Made by a program: the position numbers and the translations under genes
Source of the DNA: Clostridia bacterium
GTDB taxonomy: Bacteria; Bacillota; Peptococcia; DRI-13; UBA5745
Length of the DNA stretch: 64,000 bases
Assembly (NCBI GenBank): GCA_018434325.1
Contig: JAHDPO010000029.1
Span: 22,784-86,783, forward strand
Direction of reading: 5' to 3'
In this document: one piece after another, positions 1 through 9,536 of the stretch
Numbering within the stretch: position 1 is the first letter of the stretch
Layout of the letters: every line of letters begins with the position of its first letter
The notes under the pieces: generated by a model
Seen by the model: the letters and a program-made list of their open reading frames with translations, nothing else
Databases searched by the model: none
Told to the model about the DNA's origin: nothing

Positions 1-1232
1 AAGAGGGAGTGGTCTCCCTCAACGACCATTTCTACTGCGGCGGCGCCGTCAAGCTGCCCGGCGGCACTGTGCGCTGCTGGCGTTCTGTGCCCCATGGCAG
101 CGAAACCTTTGTGCAGGGGGTGCAAAACTCCTGCAACCCCGTGTTTATTACTATCGGCCTCAATATGGGCAAGGATCTTTTTTATAAATACCTCAACGGT
201 TTTGGTTTCGGCAAAAAAACCGGCATTGAGCTGTCCGGCGAGGCCACCGGCATTTTGGTGCCCCAAAAGCGGGCCCAGGAGCTGGACCTGGCCACCATGA
301 GCATCGGTCAGGCCAATGCGGTGACGCCTATTCAGCTGCTGACGGCTTTTTGCGCCATCACTAACGGCGGCAACTTGATGAAGCCTCAGATCGTCAAGGA
401 GATCCGGGATGGGGAAGGAAATGTAGTAAAGACTATCGAGCCGGAAGTGGTGCGCCAGGTTATTTCCGCCTCCACTTCTGAAAAAGTATTGAAAACCCTG
501 GAGGCGGTGGTCAGTTCCGGCACGGGCAAAACGGCCTACATTGAAGGCTATCGGGTAGGCGGCAAGACCGGTACCGCCCAGAAAGTAATGCCCGGCATTG
601 GCTATTCCGAAAAGGAATACATCGCTTCTTTTATGGGGGCGGCGCCTATCAATGATCCTCAGGTTGTCTGCCTGGTGGTCATGGACTATCCCAAAGGCCC
701 CGTACACACCGGCGGCGCCATTTGCGGCCCGGTTTTTCAGGCTGCGGTTAAAGACGTCCTCAGTTATTTGCAGGTGCCTACCCAGGTAGAGCCGGAAAAA
801 GTCAGCGCTTCCTCCCTTGAGGAAGTCACCTTGCTGGATTATACAGGAATGACCGTTGCCGCTGCTCAGAGCCAGGCAGCCAGCCAGGGCCTCAGCACAT
901 CCATAGTGGGCGCCGGCGGCCAGGTCTATGCCCAGCTGCCTTTAGCCAATACGAAGATGCTCAAAGGCGGCAGCGTGGTTCTTTATACGAAGCTGCCCAA
1001 GACCGCGGAAACCATGCAGCAGATTGCGGTACCGGAGCTGACGGGTAAGTCCGCCGAGGAAGTCCTGGCTATTGCGGCGGAATACAACCTGAATTTTGAG
1101 CTGTCGGGCCAGGGTGTGGTCATGTATCAGCAGCCCTCTCCCGGGGTAATGGTGGATGTGGGCAGCAAAGTCACCGTAGGATTGGAAGAGCCTCTGGCTA
1201 CAGGCGCATCAGGAGAATTAGCAGGTCCCTGA
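1..1232 (+). CDS. Class B penicillin-binding protein/transpeptidase with two C-terminal PASTA domains (SpoVD/FtsI-like); 5' end outside window
   Basis: ORF 9..1232 is open to the window edge. SxN (SCN) and KTGT transpeptidase motifs are present, with two PASTA-like repeats near the C-terminus. It lies directly upstream of murE. Confidence 0.9.
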   Translation, partial: EGVVSLNDHFYCGGAVKLPGGTVRCWRSVPHGSETFVQGVQNSCNPVFITIGLNMGKDLFYKYLNGFGFGKKTGIELSGEATGILVPQKRAQELDLATMSIGQANAVTPIQLLTAFCAITNGGNLMKPQIVKEIRDGEGNVVKTIEPEVVRQVISASTSEKVLKTLEAVVSSGTGKTAYIEGYRVGGKTGTAQKVMPGIGYSEKEYIASFMGAAPINDPQVVCLVVMDYPKGPVHTGGAICGPVFQAAVKDVLSYLQVPTQVEPEKVSASSLEEVTLLDYTGMTVAAAQSQAASQGLSTSIVGAGGQVYAQLPLANTKMLKGGSVVLYTKLPKTAETMQQIAVPELTGKSAEEVLAIAAEYNLNFELSGQGVVMYQQPSPGVMVDVGSKVTVGLEEPLATGASGELAGP

Positions 1233-1290
1233 TGTCTCTGCGGTAGGATAAATGAAATGGTGAGGATGGATGTATGGGAGGTGAGGTTGT

Positions 1291-2784
1291 TTGAATCTAA
1301 GAGAATTAGTTGCCGCAAACCCCGGTTTAAGCCGCTGGCAACAGGATGTAGAATGGGATAAAGAGATTGGGTCCGTTACTGCCGATTCCCGCAAGGTCAA
1401 AGCAGGCGATGTTTTTGTCGCCTTAAAAGGGGAGCATTATGACGGCCATCAGTATATAGAGCAGGCCTTAAGCCAGGGCGCCCTGGCGGTGATCCTGGAG
1501 AATGAGGAATTTTGCATCGGGAAAAAGCCCTGGATATTGGTGAAAAACAGCCGGGAGGTCTACGGCGTTATCATGCAATATCTGGCCGGCAGACCTTCTC
1601 TGGCCATGAATGTCATCGGCGTTACCGGTACCAACGGCAAAACCACCGTAACCAATATGGTGGCCAATATCATGGAGGAAGCGGGCAAGACCATAGGCCT
1701 TTTGGGGACTATTCATAACAGAATAGGCCGGCATCAGGAGGCAGCTCTGCTGACGACCCCGGACAGCCCTCAGCTGGCTGAGCTTTTCCGTCAGATGAAA
1801 GAGGAAAAGACGGATTATGCCATCATGGAGGTCAGCTCTCATGCCCTGGCTCAATCGAGAACCGCCGGCATCGAATTTGATGTGGCGATTTTTACGAATC
1901 TCAGTCAGGACCATTTGGATTACCATGAGACCTTCAATGAATACCTGGCCCAAAAGGCAAAACTTTTTTCCAGCCTCACTCCTCAGGGGGAGAAAAAACG
2001 CAAAAAAACGGCTATACTAAATCTGGATGACAACTCCAGCGCCTTTTTGGCCGACTATTGCCGGGTGCCGGTGATTACTTACGGTTTGAACGGTTTAAGT
2101 CATGTGCGTGCTGAAGATATCGAGCTTTCTGCCGCCGGCATCCGCTATCAGCTGGTCTATGGCGGCCGCCGGCAGGAGATCAGCCTCAAGCTCCACGGGC
2201 GGTTTAATGTGTACAATTCCCTGGCGGCCATCACCGCCGCCTTGGTGGAGGGCGTGGATATTGAGGTGATCCGGCGGGCCTTGGCCAAGATGGAACCGGT
2301 GGCCGGCCGTTTTCAGCAAGTAGTTGATCCCACAGGCAAATTGCCTTTCAACGTCTTTGTGGATTATTCCCATACGCCGGATAGCCTGGAAAACTGTATC
2401 ACCACCGGCAGAGAGCTATGCCGGGGCAGGATCATCAGTGTTTTTGGCGCCGGCGGCCACCGGGATGTGACGAAACGGCCCTTGATGGGAGAGGTGGCGG
2501 CCCGGCTGTCGGATATTGCCATTGTTACCTCCGATAATCCCAGAGAAGAAGAGCCTTTGGCCATCATCCATGATATAATGAAAGGAATGGCCGGCCCCTT
2601 GGCTAAAGCTGAGATATTGATGGAGCCGGACCGGCGGCAGGCTATTGCGAAAGCGGTATCTTTGGCCCAGGCCGGCGATATTATACTGGTTTGCGGCAAA
2701 GGCCATGAGAATTATCAAATCATAGGCAGCGAGAAGCACTCCTTTGACGACTATGAGGAAGTTCAAAAGGCAATGCTGCTGTGA
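1291..2784 (+). CDS. murE: UDP-N-acetylmuramoyl-L-alanyl-D-glutamate--2,6-diaminopimelate ligase
   Basis: Mur ligase P-loop GVTGTNGKTT and a DNPR motif (TSDNPREEEP) typical of meso-DAP-adding MurE. TTG start preceded by GGGAGGTGAGG. dcw context. Confidence 0.93.
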   Translation: MNLRELVAANPGLSRWQQDVEWDKEIGSVTADSRKVKAGDVFVALKGEHYDGHQYIEQALSQGALAVILENEEFCIGKKPWILVKNSREVYGVIMQYLAGRPSLAMNVIGVTGTNGKTTVTNMVANIMEEAGKTIGLLGTIHNRIGRHQEAALLTTPDSPQLAELFRQMKEEKTDYAIMEVSSHALAQSRTAGIEFDVAIFTNLSQDHLDYHETFNEYLAQKAKLFSSLTPQGEKKRKKTAILNLDDNSSAFLADYCRVPVITYGLNGLSHVRAEDIELSAAGIRYQLVYGGRRQEISLKLHGRFNVYNSLAAITAALVEGVDIEVIRRALAKMEPVAGRFQQVVDPTGKLPFNVFVDYSHTPDSLENCITTGRELCRGRIISVFGAGGHRDVTKRPLMGEVAARLSDIAIVTSDNPREEEPLAIIHDIMKGMAGPLAKAEILMEPDRRQAIAKAVSLAQAGDIILVCGKGHENYQIIGSEKHSFDDYEEVQKAMLL

Positions 2785-2853
2785 AAAACCGCAGTCTTTT
2801 ACAGCAGATCAGTAAAATAGCCGAATTTAACGAACTAGTGAGGTTATGACCCG

Positions 2854-3804
2854 ATGCCCGATTATTTGAAAGCCGGTTTGACGGCACTGGCGGTGGCGCT
2901 GATCAGCGGCCCCTTCCTGATCCCGGCTTTGCGCAGGTTTAAGTTTGGCCAATTTATCCGCCAGGAAGGACCCCAAAGCCACTTGACCAAATCCGGCACT
3001 CCCACTATGGGAGGAATCATGTTTTTGATCGCCATACCGGCGGCCATGTTTTTTGCCGGCAAGGTGGGGATCGAAAGCTTTCTGGCCTTATATCTGGTTT
3101 TAGCCATGGGTATCCTGGGCTTTTTAGACGACTACCTGAAAATCAAAAAAAGGCAATCGGAGGGTTTGACCTCCAAACAAAAATTTATCGGGCAAATTCT
3201 GGTGGCCCTTGTCTTTGCCGCTGTTCTGTGGTGGTTGAAGGGCGGCAGGGTTTGGCTGCCTTTCGTCAATCGTTTTTATGATATCGGTATTCTGTACATT
3301 CCGGTGGCAATATTCATTATTGCGGCTACGGTCAATGGCGTAAACTTCACTGACGGCCTGGACGGCTTATGCTCCGGCGTCACCTTTTTCGTGGCTTTGG
3401 CTTTTCTTTTGCTTTGCCGGGCCTGGGGCCTCAGTCAATTGACCTGGTTTGCCGCCAGCCTGGCCGGCAGCTGCCTGGGCTTTTTGTTCTTTAATCTTCA
3501 TCCGGCCCGGGTTTTTATGGGGGATACGGGTTCCCTGGCCTTAGGGGGAGGGGTGGCGGCTCTGGCCTTGCTTAGCGGCACCGAGTTTTTGCTGCCTCTC
3601 TTAGGTGTTGTCTATGTGGCGGAGGTCTTGTCGGTGATCCTGCAAGTAGGCTATTTCCGCCTTACCGGCGGCAAAAGGCTTTTCCGGATGGCCCCTCTCC
3701 ACCACCATTTCGAGCTTTGCGGCTGGAATGAAAGTCAGGTAGATATCGCTTTTTGGTTTTTAACGGCTATCGTTTCTTTGATCTTTCTCGGGATATTAAT
3801 TTGA
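2854..3804 (+). CDS. mraY: Phospho-N-acetylmuramoyl-pentapeptide transferase
   Basis: Polytopic membrane protein with FTDGLDGL, MGDTGSLALGG and APLHHHFE motifs characteristic of MraY. Confidence 0.95.
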   Translation: MPDYLKAGLTALAVALISGPFLIPALRRFKFGQFIRQEGPQSHLTKSGTPTMGGIMFLIAIPAAMFFAGKVGIESFLALYLVLAMGILGFLDDYLKIKKRQSEGLTSKQKFIGQILVALVFAAVLWWLKGGRVWLPFVNRFYDIGILYIPVAIFIIAATVNGVNFTDGLDGLCSGVTFFVALAFLLLCRAWGLSQLTWFAASLAGSCLGFLFFNLHPARVFMGDTGSLALGGGVAALALLSGTEFLLPLLGVVYVAEVLSVILQVGYFRLTGGKRLFRMAPLHHHFELCGWNESQVDIAFWFLTAIVSLIFLGILI

Positions 3805-3855
3805 GAAAACTGCGTCCGGAAGCCAGTCCGGCAGCAGGGTAAAGAAGGGTTCATT

Positions 3856-5304
3856 ATGTGGCAAGGAAAAAGGGTATATCTGATTGGCGCCGGCAAGAGC
3901 GGTTTGGCTGCTGCCGGCTGGCTTTTACAGCAAAAGGCCCTGGTTTGCCTCAACGATAAAAAAGCTTTTGAGGATTTTGACGAAGCAAAAAAAGCGGAGC
4001 TTTTGGCTCTGGCGGATAGAGGAGTAATTCTGGATCTGGGCAAGGCCTGCGATCCACTGGGCTTTGACGCCGAATTCATCGTAACCAGCTCCGGCGTCCC
4101 CCTGGATCAAAGCGGCATAATGGCGGCCAAGGCTAAAGGCATCCCCGTCACCAACGAAATTGAGCTGGCCTGGCAGTTAAGCCGGGCTTCCATTGTTGCC
4201 ATTACCGGCAGCAACGGCAAAACCACGGTGACCAGCCTCATCGGTCAGATCCTGAAAGCGGCGGGTTTTGACCCCTTTGTGGGAGGCAATATCGGCGTAC
4301 CCTTTATTTTGGCGGCGCCCGGTCTGAATGAACAGAGTTGGGCGGTGCTGGAGCTTTCCAGCTTCCAGTTGGAGGGCGTTCTGTCTTTGCGGCCGAAAGT
4401 GGCGGTTTTTCTCAACCTGACGCCGGATCACCTGGATTGGCATAAATCCTTTGCCAATTATGCTGCGGCTAAGTGGCGGATCGCGGGTTTTCAGGGGACG
4501 GAGGATTGGCTGATTCTCAACTACGACGATCCTCTTTTGCGGGAAGCGGGCTGTAAGAAGCTGGCTGAGGCCGGCCAAGGCAAAGAAGGTCCGCAGATTT
4601 TATGGTTTAGCGTCAGAGAAAAGCTGCCGGCCGGGTTATGGATAGACGAAGAAGGCTGGGTCAGGTTCTCACCTATAGACAAGGCAGGCGGTGCGGGCGC
4701 TGACCCGGATGGGATCAGGATCATGCCGGCGGCAGAATTTACCTTGCCGGGCCGCCACAATCAGGAAAATTTGCTGGCAGCCCTGGCGGCTTGTCTGGTT
4801 CTGGATGTGCCTCTTGAGATTCTGCGCCGGACTGCCGGCAGCTTTCAGGCAGTAGAGCACAGGATGGAAGTGGTGGGTGAGTGGGGGGGCGTCCTCTATG
4901 TTAACGATTCCAAAGCGACGAATCCCGACGCCGCCATAAAGTCTCTGGATTCTTATGAACGGCCGGTGCTGCTGATTGCCGGCGGCGACGGGAAGAATAC
5001 TCCTTTTAAAGAACTGGCCGAAAAAATTGCCGCAAAGGCTAAGCTGGCGGTCTTAATTGGCAAAGACGGCGATAAAATGAAAGAAGCCCTATTGGCGCAG
5101 GGCTTCGACGGCATACGTATGGCGGCTACTTTAGAAGAAGCCGTAGCCATCTGCCACAGCGCGGCTTTGCCGGGGGATCTGGTGCTTTTGGCGCCGGCCT
5201 GCGCCAGCACAGATATGTTCAGCAATTACGAGCAGCGCGGTAAAGCGTTCAAGGCTGCAGTTTCTGCGAAACTCAATCCTACGGACTCAATCCGCTATCC
5301 GTAG
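3856..5304 (+). CDS. murD: UDP-N-acetylmuramoylalanine--D-glutamate ligase
   Basis: N-terminal Rossmann GAGKSGLAAA and Mur ligase P-loop ITGSNGKTT. The last ~11 codons and the stop codon are supplied by the downstream repeat element. Confidence 0.92.
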   Translation: MWQGKRVYLIGAGKSGLAAAGWLLQQKALVCLNDKKAFEDFDEAKKAELLALADRGVILDLGKACDPLGFDAEFIVTSSGVPLDQSGIMAAKAKGIPVTNEIELAWQLSRASIVAITGSNGKTTVTSLIGQILKAAGFDPFVGGNIGVPFILAAPGLNEQSWAVLELSSFQLEGVLSLRPKVAVFLNLTPDHLDWHKSFANYAAAKWRIAGFQGTEDWLILNYDDPLLREAGCKKLAEAGQGKEGPQILWFSVREKLPAGLWIDEEGWVRFSPIDKAGGAGADPDGIRIMPAAEFTLPGRHNQENLLAALAACLVLDVPLEILRRTAGSFQAVEHRMEVVGEWGGVLYVNDSKATNPDAAIKSLDSYERPVLLIAGGDGKNTPFKELAEKIAAKAKLAVLIGKDGDKMKEALLAQGFDGIRMAATLEEAVAICHSAALPGDLVLLAPACASTDMFSNYEQRGKAFKAAVSAKLNPTDSIRYP

Positions 5305-5512
5305 ATGCTTAGGGCGCGGATGTTCCTACGGACTCAACCCTGCGGACTCAATCTGCTATCCAGAGATACTAAGGGCGCAGATGTTCCGCTATCCGTAGAT
5401 GCTTAGGGCGCAGATGTTCCTACGGACTCAACCCTGCGGACTCAATCTGCTATCCAGAGATGCTTAGGGCGCGGATGTTCCGCTATACGAAGATACTAAG
5501 GGCGCGGATGTT
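5270..5512 (+). repeat. Tandem composite repeat (family R2): five 33-nt cores CCGCTATCCGTAGATGCTTAGGGCGCGGATGTT plus 28-nt modules, forming a 94-nt higher-order unit duplicated in tandem
   Basis: Cores at 5292-5324, 5353-5385, 5386-5418, 5447-5479 and 5480-5512. The 94-nt units 5325-5418 and 5419-5512 are near-identical. There are no unique spacers. The same family occurs at 47264-47372. Confidence 0.9.
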
Positions 5513-5567
5513 TGAGGGCGCTCTGGCGTTAAAGCCGGTAATCAGAAGTTTTGTGAAAGGAGGATGG

Positions 5568-6665
5568 ATGATGAAAAGCGGCAAGACATTAAAAAAAGGC
5601 ACGCCGGATATGTGGCTCTTTTTAATTACCTTATTTCTCGTCGGCATCGGTATCATCATGGTATTCAGCGCCAGTTATTATGATACCCTGTCCAGCGACC
5701 CCTTTGAGTATTTAAAGCGCCAGGGCAGTTTTGCCGCCATAGGCGTTGTGGTTATGCTGGTTGCTATGAATTTTGATTATCAAAGATACAGATATTTATA
5801 TAAGCCCCTGCTGGCCATTACCCTCGTTCTCCTTGTGGTGGTATTTCTATTTGAGGATACGAAGGGTTCTCATCGCTGGATTCCTTTGGGCATCATCAAT
5901 TTGCAGCCTTCGGAAATAGCGAAATTTACACTGGCCCTTTTTTTGGCCGTCTTTCTCAGCCGCCGGGAGGCCAACCTCAATGACTTGCGGGGCGATCTGG
6001 GCCGCATCATCGTCGTGCTGGGACTGGTGTTGGGTTTGGTGCTGATTGAGCCGGATTTGGGAGCTACCATGTCTTTAGCCGGCATGTCTATGGTAATTCT
6101 CATTGCCGCAGGCCTGAAATGGTTTTATGTGACGGCGGCGGCCGTATTGGGCGGCGCCGGCGTTGTCTTTGTTATTATAAATAGTGAATATCAGATGCGG
6201 CGCATCATGGGCTGGCTTGATCCCTGGGCCGACAAAGCCGATACCGGCTATCAGCTGATCAATTCCCTCTATGCCCTGGGTTCCGGCGGTTTTTGGGGTA
6301 TGGGCATCGGCAACAGCCGGCAGAAGCTGGGCTTTTTGCCGGAGCAAAATACCGACTTTATCTTTTCGATCATTGGTGAAGAACTGGGCTTCATTGGCGC
6401 CGGTCTGATAATCCTGCTTTTTTTGTTCTTTGCCTGGCGGGGTTATATGATTGCCGTGCGCTGTCCCGATCTTTACGGCAGCCTGCTGGCGGTAGGCATT
6501 ACCACCAGCCTGGTTTTTCAGGCGGCCCTCAATTTGGGCGTGGTCACCGGTTGCCTGCCGGTAACCGGTATTGCCTTGCCTTTCTTGAGCTACGGCGGTT
6601 CTTCTTTGCTGATGTCCATGGGCTCCGTAGGCGTATTGCTCAATATATCCCGTTACCGAATGTGA
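5568..6665 (+). CDS. ftsW: SEDS-family peptidoglycan glycosyltransferase (FtsW/SpoVE)
   Basis: Polytopic membrane protein with the SEDS motifs RWIPLG..LQPSEIAK and TDFIFSIIGEELG. The start was moved from the track's 5460 (inside the repeat) to ATG 5568, downstream of AAAGGAGG. Confidence 0.9.
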   Translation: MMKSGKTLKKGTPDMWLFLITLFLVGIGIIMVFSASYYDTLSSDPFEYLKRQGSFAAIGVVVMLVAMNFDYQRYRYLYKPLLAITLVLLVVVFLFEDTKGSHRWIPLGIINLQPSEIAKFTLALFLAVFLSRREANLNDLRGDLGRIIVVLGLVLGLVLIEPDLGATMSLAGMSMVILIAAGLKWFYVTAAAVLGGAGVVFVIINSEYQMRRIMGWLDPWADKADTGYQLINSLYALGSGGFWGMGIGNSRQKLGFLPEQNTDFIFSIIGEELGFIGAGLIILLFLFFAWRGYMIAVRCPDLYGSLLAVGITTSLVFQAALNLGVVTGCLPVTGIALPFLSYGGSSLLMSMGSVGVLLNISRYRM

Positions 6666-6694
6666 GCAACATAATTTAAACTGAGGCACTGAAG

Positions 6695-6845
6695 TGCGCA
6701 AAATTGCAAGTTTAAAGTGTGCTGTTCTTTCAAAATAGCGGACATCTCGTGGCCGCCACACTGCATATAGTGAAACGCAGGCGATAATCAGCCGATAAGC
6801 AGCCAATTAGCAGTGCTGGACACTTTAAACCTGCAATTTTGCTCA
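6695..6845 (+). repeat. MITE-like intergenic element, copy 1 (about 25-bp terminal inverted repeats TGCGCAAAATTGCAAGTTTAAAGTGT / ACACTTTAAACCTGCAATTTTGCTCA)
   Basis: Terminal inverted repeats are read directly. The internal sequence is shared with copies at 26111-26251, 36964-37125, 55168-55290 and 57031-57167. Confidence 0.85.
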
Positions 6846-6921
6846 GAAATGGGGCGGCGTTGTTTCGCATTGGAATAAAGCCTGCCAAAAAAGGGTAATG
6901 TTAGATAAAGGAGCCAGAAAA

Positions 6922-8064
6922 ATGACGAGACTTATCTTAACCGGCGGCGGCACCGGCGGCCATATTTATCCGGCTCTGGCCATTGCCGACGGCATAAGGC
7001 GGCGCTGGCCCCAGGCGGAGATCCTCTATGTGGGGGCTAGCCGGGGTATGGAAAGCCGGGTAGTGCCGCAAGCCGGCTATCCCTTTCAGGGCATAACGGC
7101 AGAAGGCTGGCAGGGCAGGAAAATCAGCACGTTATCCAACGCGTTGAAGGCTTCTTACCGAGGCCGCCAGGAAGCTCTGGAGCTTTTGGCCAAGTTTAAG
7201 CCCCGGGCAGTCATCGGTACCGGCGGCTATGTCTGTTTGCCCATGGCGGCGGCAGCCTCTCAGAAAAAAATACCTGTCTACATTCACGAACAAAACGCTT
7301 TTCCCGGTATAGCTAACCGCCTGATCTCCTTATGGGCCAAAAAAATCATGGTCAGCTTCGCTGAAGCCGCCGGCCGCTTTCCTCCCAATGTTCGCAAACG
7401 GGTGGCGGTAACGGGGCTGCCGGTAAGGGCAGCGATTACCAGTGCCAAAAAAGAAGAGGCCTTGGCATTTTTTCATTTAAAAGAGGGCAAAAAGACACTG
7501 CTGGCCATAGGCGGTTCCCAGGGAGCCCAAAGCATTAACCGGGCCATGCTCCACGTCATTAAAAACCTCTATCATAGGCAGGATGTACAAGTTCTTCTGG
7601 CCACCGGCCCCAGGGATTACGAACAGATGGCGGAGGAATTAAAGAAAGCGGATATAACCTGGAGTTATGAGGAAAGTGACGGGGCCCGGGAAAGCAACAT
7701 CAGGATGCTGCCTTACATCGACCGGATGGATTTAGCCTATGCCGCCGCTCAGCTTTTTGTGGGCAGGGCCGGGGCCTCCACCTTGGCGGAAATCACTTTA
7801 TGCCGGCTGCCGGCGCTGCTGATTCCTTATCCCTATGCCTCGGAAAACCACCAGGCCCATAATGCCGCCAGTCTGGCCGGCAAAGGCGCCGCTGTGGTGC
7901 TGGAGGACCAGAAGCTGACGGGGCCTTTATTGCTCAAAAACCTGGAAGAGATTTTCAACGACGAAAATAAGCGCCTGGCCATGGCGAATGCCAGCGGTGA
8001 AGCCGCCCGCGGCCAGGCTTTGGAAGATATATTGGATATAATAAAGGAAGTCATGGATATTTAG
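6922..8064 (+). CDS. murG: UDP-N-acetylglucosamine--N-acetylmuramyl-(pentapeptide) pyrophosphoryl-undecaprenol GlcNAc transferase
   Basis: GGGTGGHIYPALAIA N-terminal motif and GGSQGA. ATG 6922 follows AAGGAG; the track ORF starts upstream at 6898. Confidence 0.93.
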   Translation: MTRLILTGGGTGGHIYPALAIADGIRRRWPQAEILYVGASRGMESRVVPQAGYPFQGITAEGWQGRKISTLSNALKASYRGRQEALELLAKFKPRAVIGTGGYVCLPMAAAASQKKIPVYIHEQNAFPGIANRLISLWAKKIMVSFAEAAGRFPPNVRKRVAVTGLPVRAAITSAKKEEALAFFHLKEGKKTLLAIGGSQGAQSINRAMLHVIKNLYHRQDVQVLLATGPRDYEQMAEELKKADITWSYEESDGARESNIRMLPYIDRMDLAYAAAQLFVGRAGASTLAEITLCRLPALLIPYPYASENHQAHNAASLAGKGAAVVLEDQKLTGPLLLKNLEEIFNDENKRLAMANASGEAARGQALEDILDIIKEVMDI

Positions 8065-8148
8065 GGACGTGCACTCTTTATCAGGGGACGGCATATAAAG
8101 AAGACATAGCCGGAAACCCTTTAAAAAGATTCCCTATCAAAGGAAGGA

Positions 8149-9531
8149 ATGGTCATCAGGATGACAAAAGAAGGTAAATGGCACTTCATAGGTATCGGCG
8201 GCGTGGGCATGAGCGGTATCGCCAAAGCACGCTTGGAGATGGGAAAGCCGGTAAGCGGTTCGGATATGGCAGCTTCTGTATTGACGGACCGCTTATTGGC
8301 GTTGGGAGCCGAGATCCATATCGGCGGCCATCAGGGATCCCTCATCAGTGATGATCTGGAAGCGGTAGTGGTTTCCAGCGCTATCCGGCAGGAAAATCCC
8401 GAGCTGCAGGCTGCTTTGGCTAAAGGAATTCCTGTGATTCATCGGGGCAGTTGCCTGGCCCGGCTGATGGATCACAAGAGAGGCATTGCTATTGCCGGCG
8501 CCCACGGTAAAACTACCACCAGTGCCATGATTGCTTTACTGCTGGAAAAAAGCGGTTTTGATCCTGCTTTCTTTGTAGGAGCTTATGTAGGGAATCTGGA
8601 TACCAATGCCAAATGGGGTCAAGGCGAATACATGGTGGCGGAAGCCGACGAATCCGACGGTTCCTTTCTGGAGTTGTCGCCGTCGATTGCGCTTGTGACC
8701 AATGTGGAAGACGATCATCTTGATCACTACGGCAGTCAGGAAAAAATCAACGAAGCTTTCGTTACCTTCATCAACAAAGTACCTGAGGGAGGCAAGGCTA
8801 TTCTTTGCGCCGACGATCCCGGCATCCGGCAGCTGCTGCCTTTGATCAGCCACAAACGTATAGTGACGTATGGCGTTGATGAAGGGGCAGATCTGCGGGG
8901 CGCCAATCTTCGCTGTCAGTCAGGCGAAATGAGGGCGGAGGTCTATTGGCAGGGACGGCTTCTGGGTACCCTGCGGCTGCAGGTCTACGGCAATCATAAT
9001 CTGCTGAATGCCTTGGGGGCATTGGCGGCAGGCCTGGAATGCGGCCTGGAGTTTCAGGCAATGACCGGGATTTTGCACAGCTTCCGGGGCGCCCACCGCC
9101 GGCTGGAATATATGGGTGAAAGAGACGGCGTCAAGTTTTATGACGACTACGCCCACCATCCTACGGAGATCAAGGCCACCTTGGCGGCGGCCGCAATGAT
9201 CGGCGCCAGACGGATGCTGGTCTTGTTTCAGCCTCATCGTTTCAGCCGCACTCAGCTTTTGGCTAAAGAATTCGGCGGCGCTTTCACTCAGGCGGATCAG
9301 CTGATCCTGCTGCCGATTTACAGCGCCGGTGAAAACCCTATAGCGGGGGTGGATTCCGGCTTGATCGCCGCAGCTGTCGAAGCCAATACCGGCCGTTTGC
9401 CGGAGGTGGCGGCGGATTTTGAGCAGGCCGCCGGGCTTATGGGGCAAATTCTCGAGCCGGGGGATCTGGTATTGACTTTAGGCGCAGGCAATGTGAGAAA
9501 GCTTGGAGAAATGATTTTAAACAGAGGATAG
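8149..9531 (+). CDS. murC: UDP-N-acetylmuramate--L-alanine ligase
   Basis: HFIGIGGVGMSGIA N-terminus and Mur ligase P-loop GAHGKTTT. The start could instead be ATG 8161. Confidence 0.93.
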   Translation: MVIRMTKEGKWHFIGIGGVGMSGIAKARLEMGKPVSGSDMAASVLTDRLLALGAEIHIGGHQGSLISDDLEAVVVSSAIRQENPELQAALAKGIPVIHRGSCLARLMDHKRGIAIAGAHGKTTTSAMIALLLEKSGFDPAFFVGAYVGNLDTNAKWGQGEYMVAEADESDGSFLELSPSIALVTNVEDDHLDHYGSQEKINEAFVTFINKVPEGGKAILCADDPGIRQLLPLISHKRIVTYGVDEGADLRGANLRCQSGEMRAEVYWQGRLLGTLRLQVYGNHNLLNALGALAAGLECGLEFQAMTGILHSFRGAHRRLEYMGERDGVKFYDDYAHHPTEIKATLAAAAMIGARRMLVLFQPHRFSRTQLLAKEFGGAFTQADQLILLPIYSAGENPIAGVDSGLIAAAVEANTGRLPEVAADFEQAAGLMGQILEPGDLVLTLGAGNVRKLGEMILNRG

Positions 9532-9536
9532 ATGGT

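Noticed and set aside
2785-2853. Looked for a murF remnant between murE and mraY
   Set aside because: The spacer is only 69 nt, so there is no room for even a pseudogene fragment. murF is simply not at this position.
5270-5512. Regularly spaced ~33-nt repeats that could be taken for a CRISPR array
   Set aside because: The repeat units are contiguous or separated by a second repeated 28-nt module. There are no unique spacers, and no cas genes are in the window. The same composite unit recurs at 47264-47372.
5460-5567. N-terminal extensions in the ORF track. Affected genes: ftsW 5460, murG 6898, murA 10436, cNMP protein 14561, spoIIGA 16145, sigE 17004, flavodoxin-like 20767, znuB 22789, pirin 27198, OppD-2 51383, OppB-2 53222, M20 60006
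   Set aside because: In each case an internal start has a better-placed Shine-Dalgarno sequence, matches the family's usual N-terminus, and removes overlap with an upstream gene, repeat or promoter.
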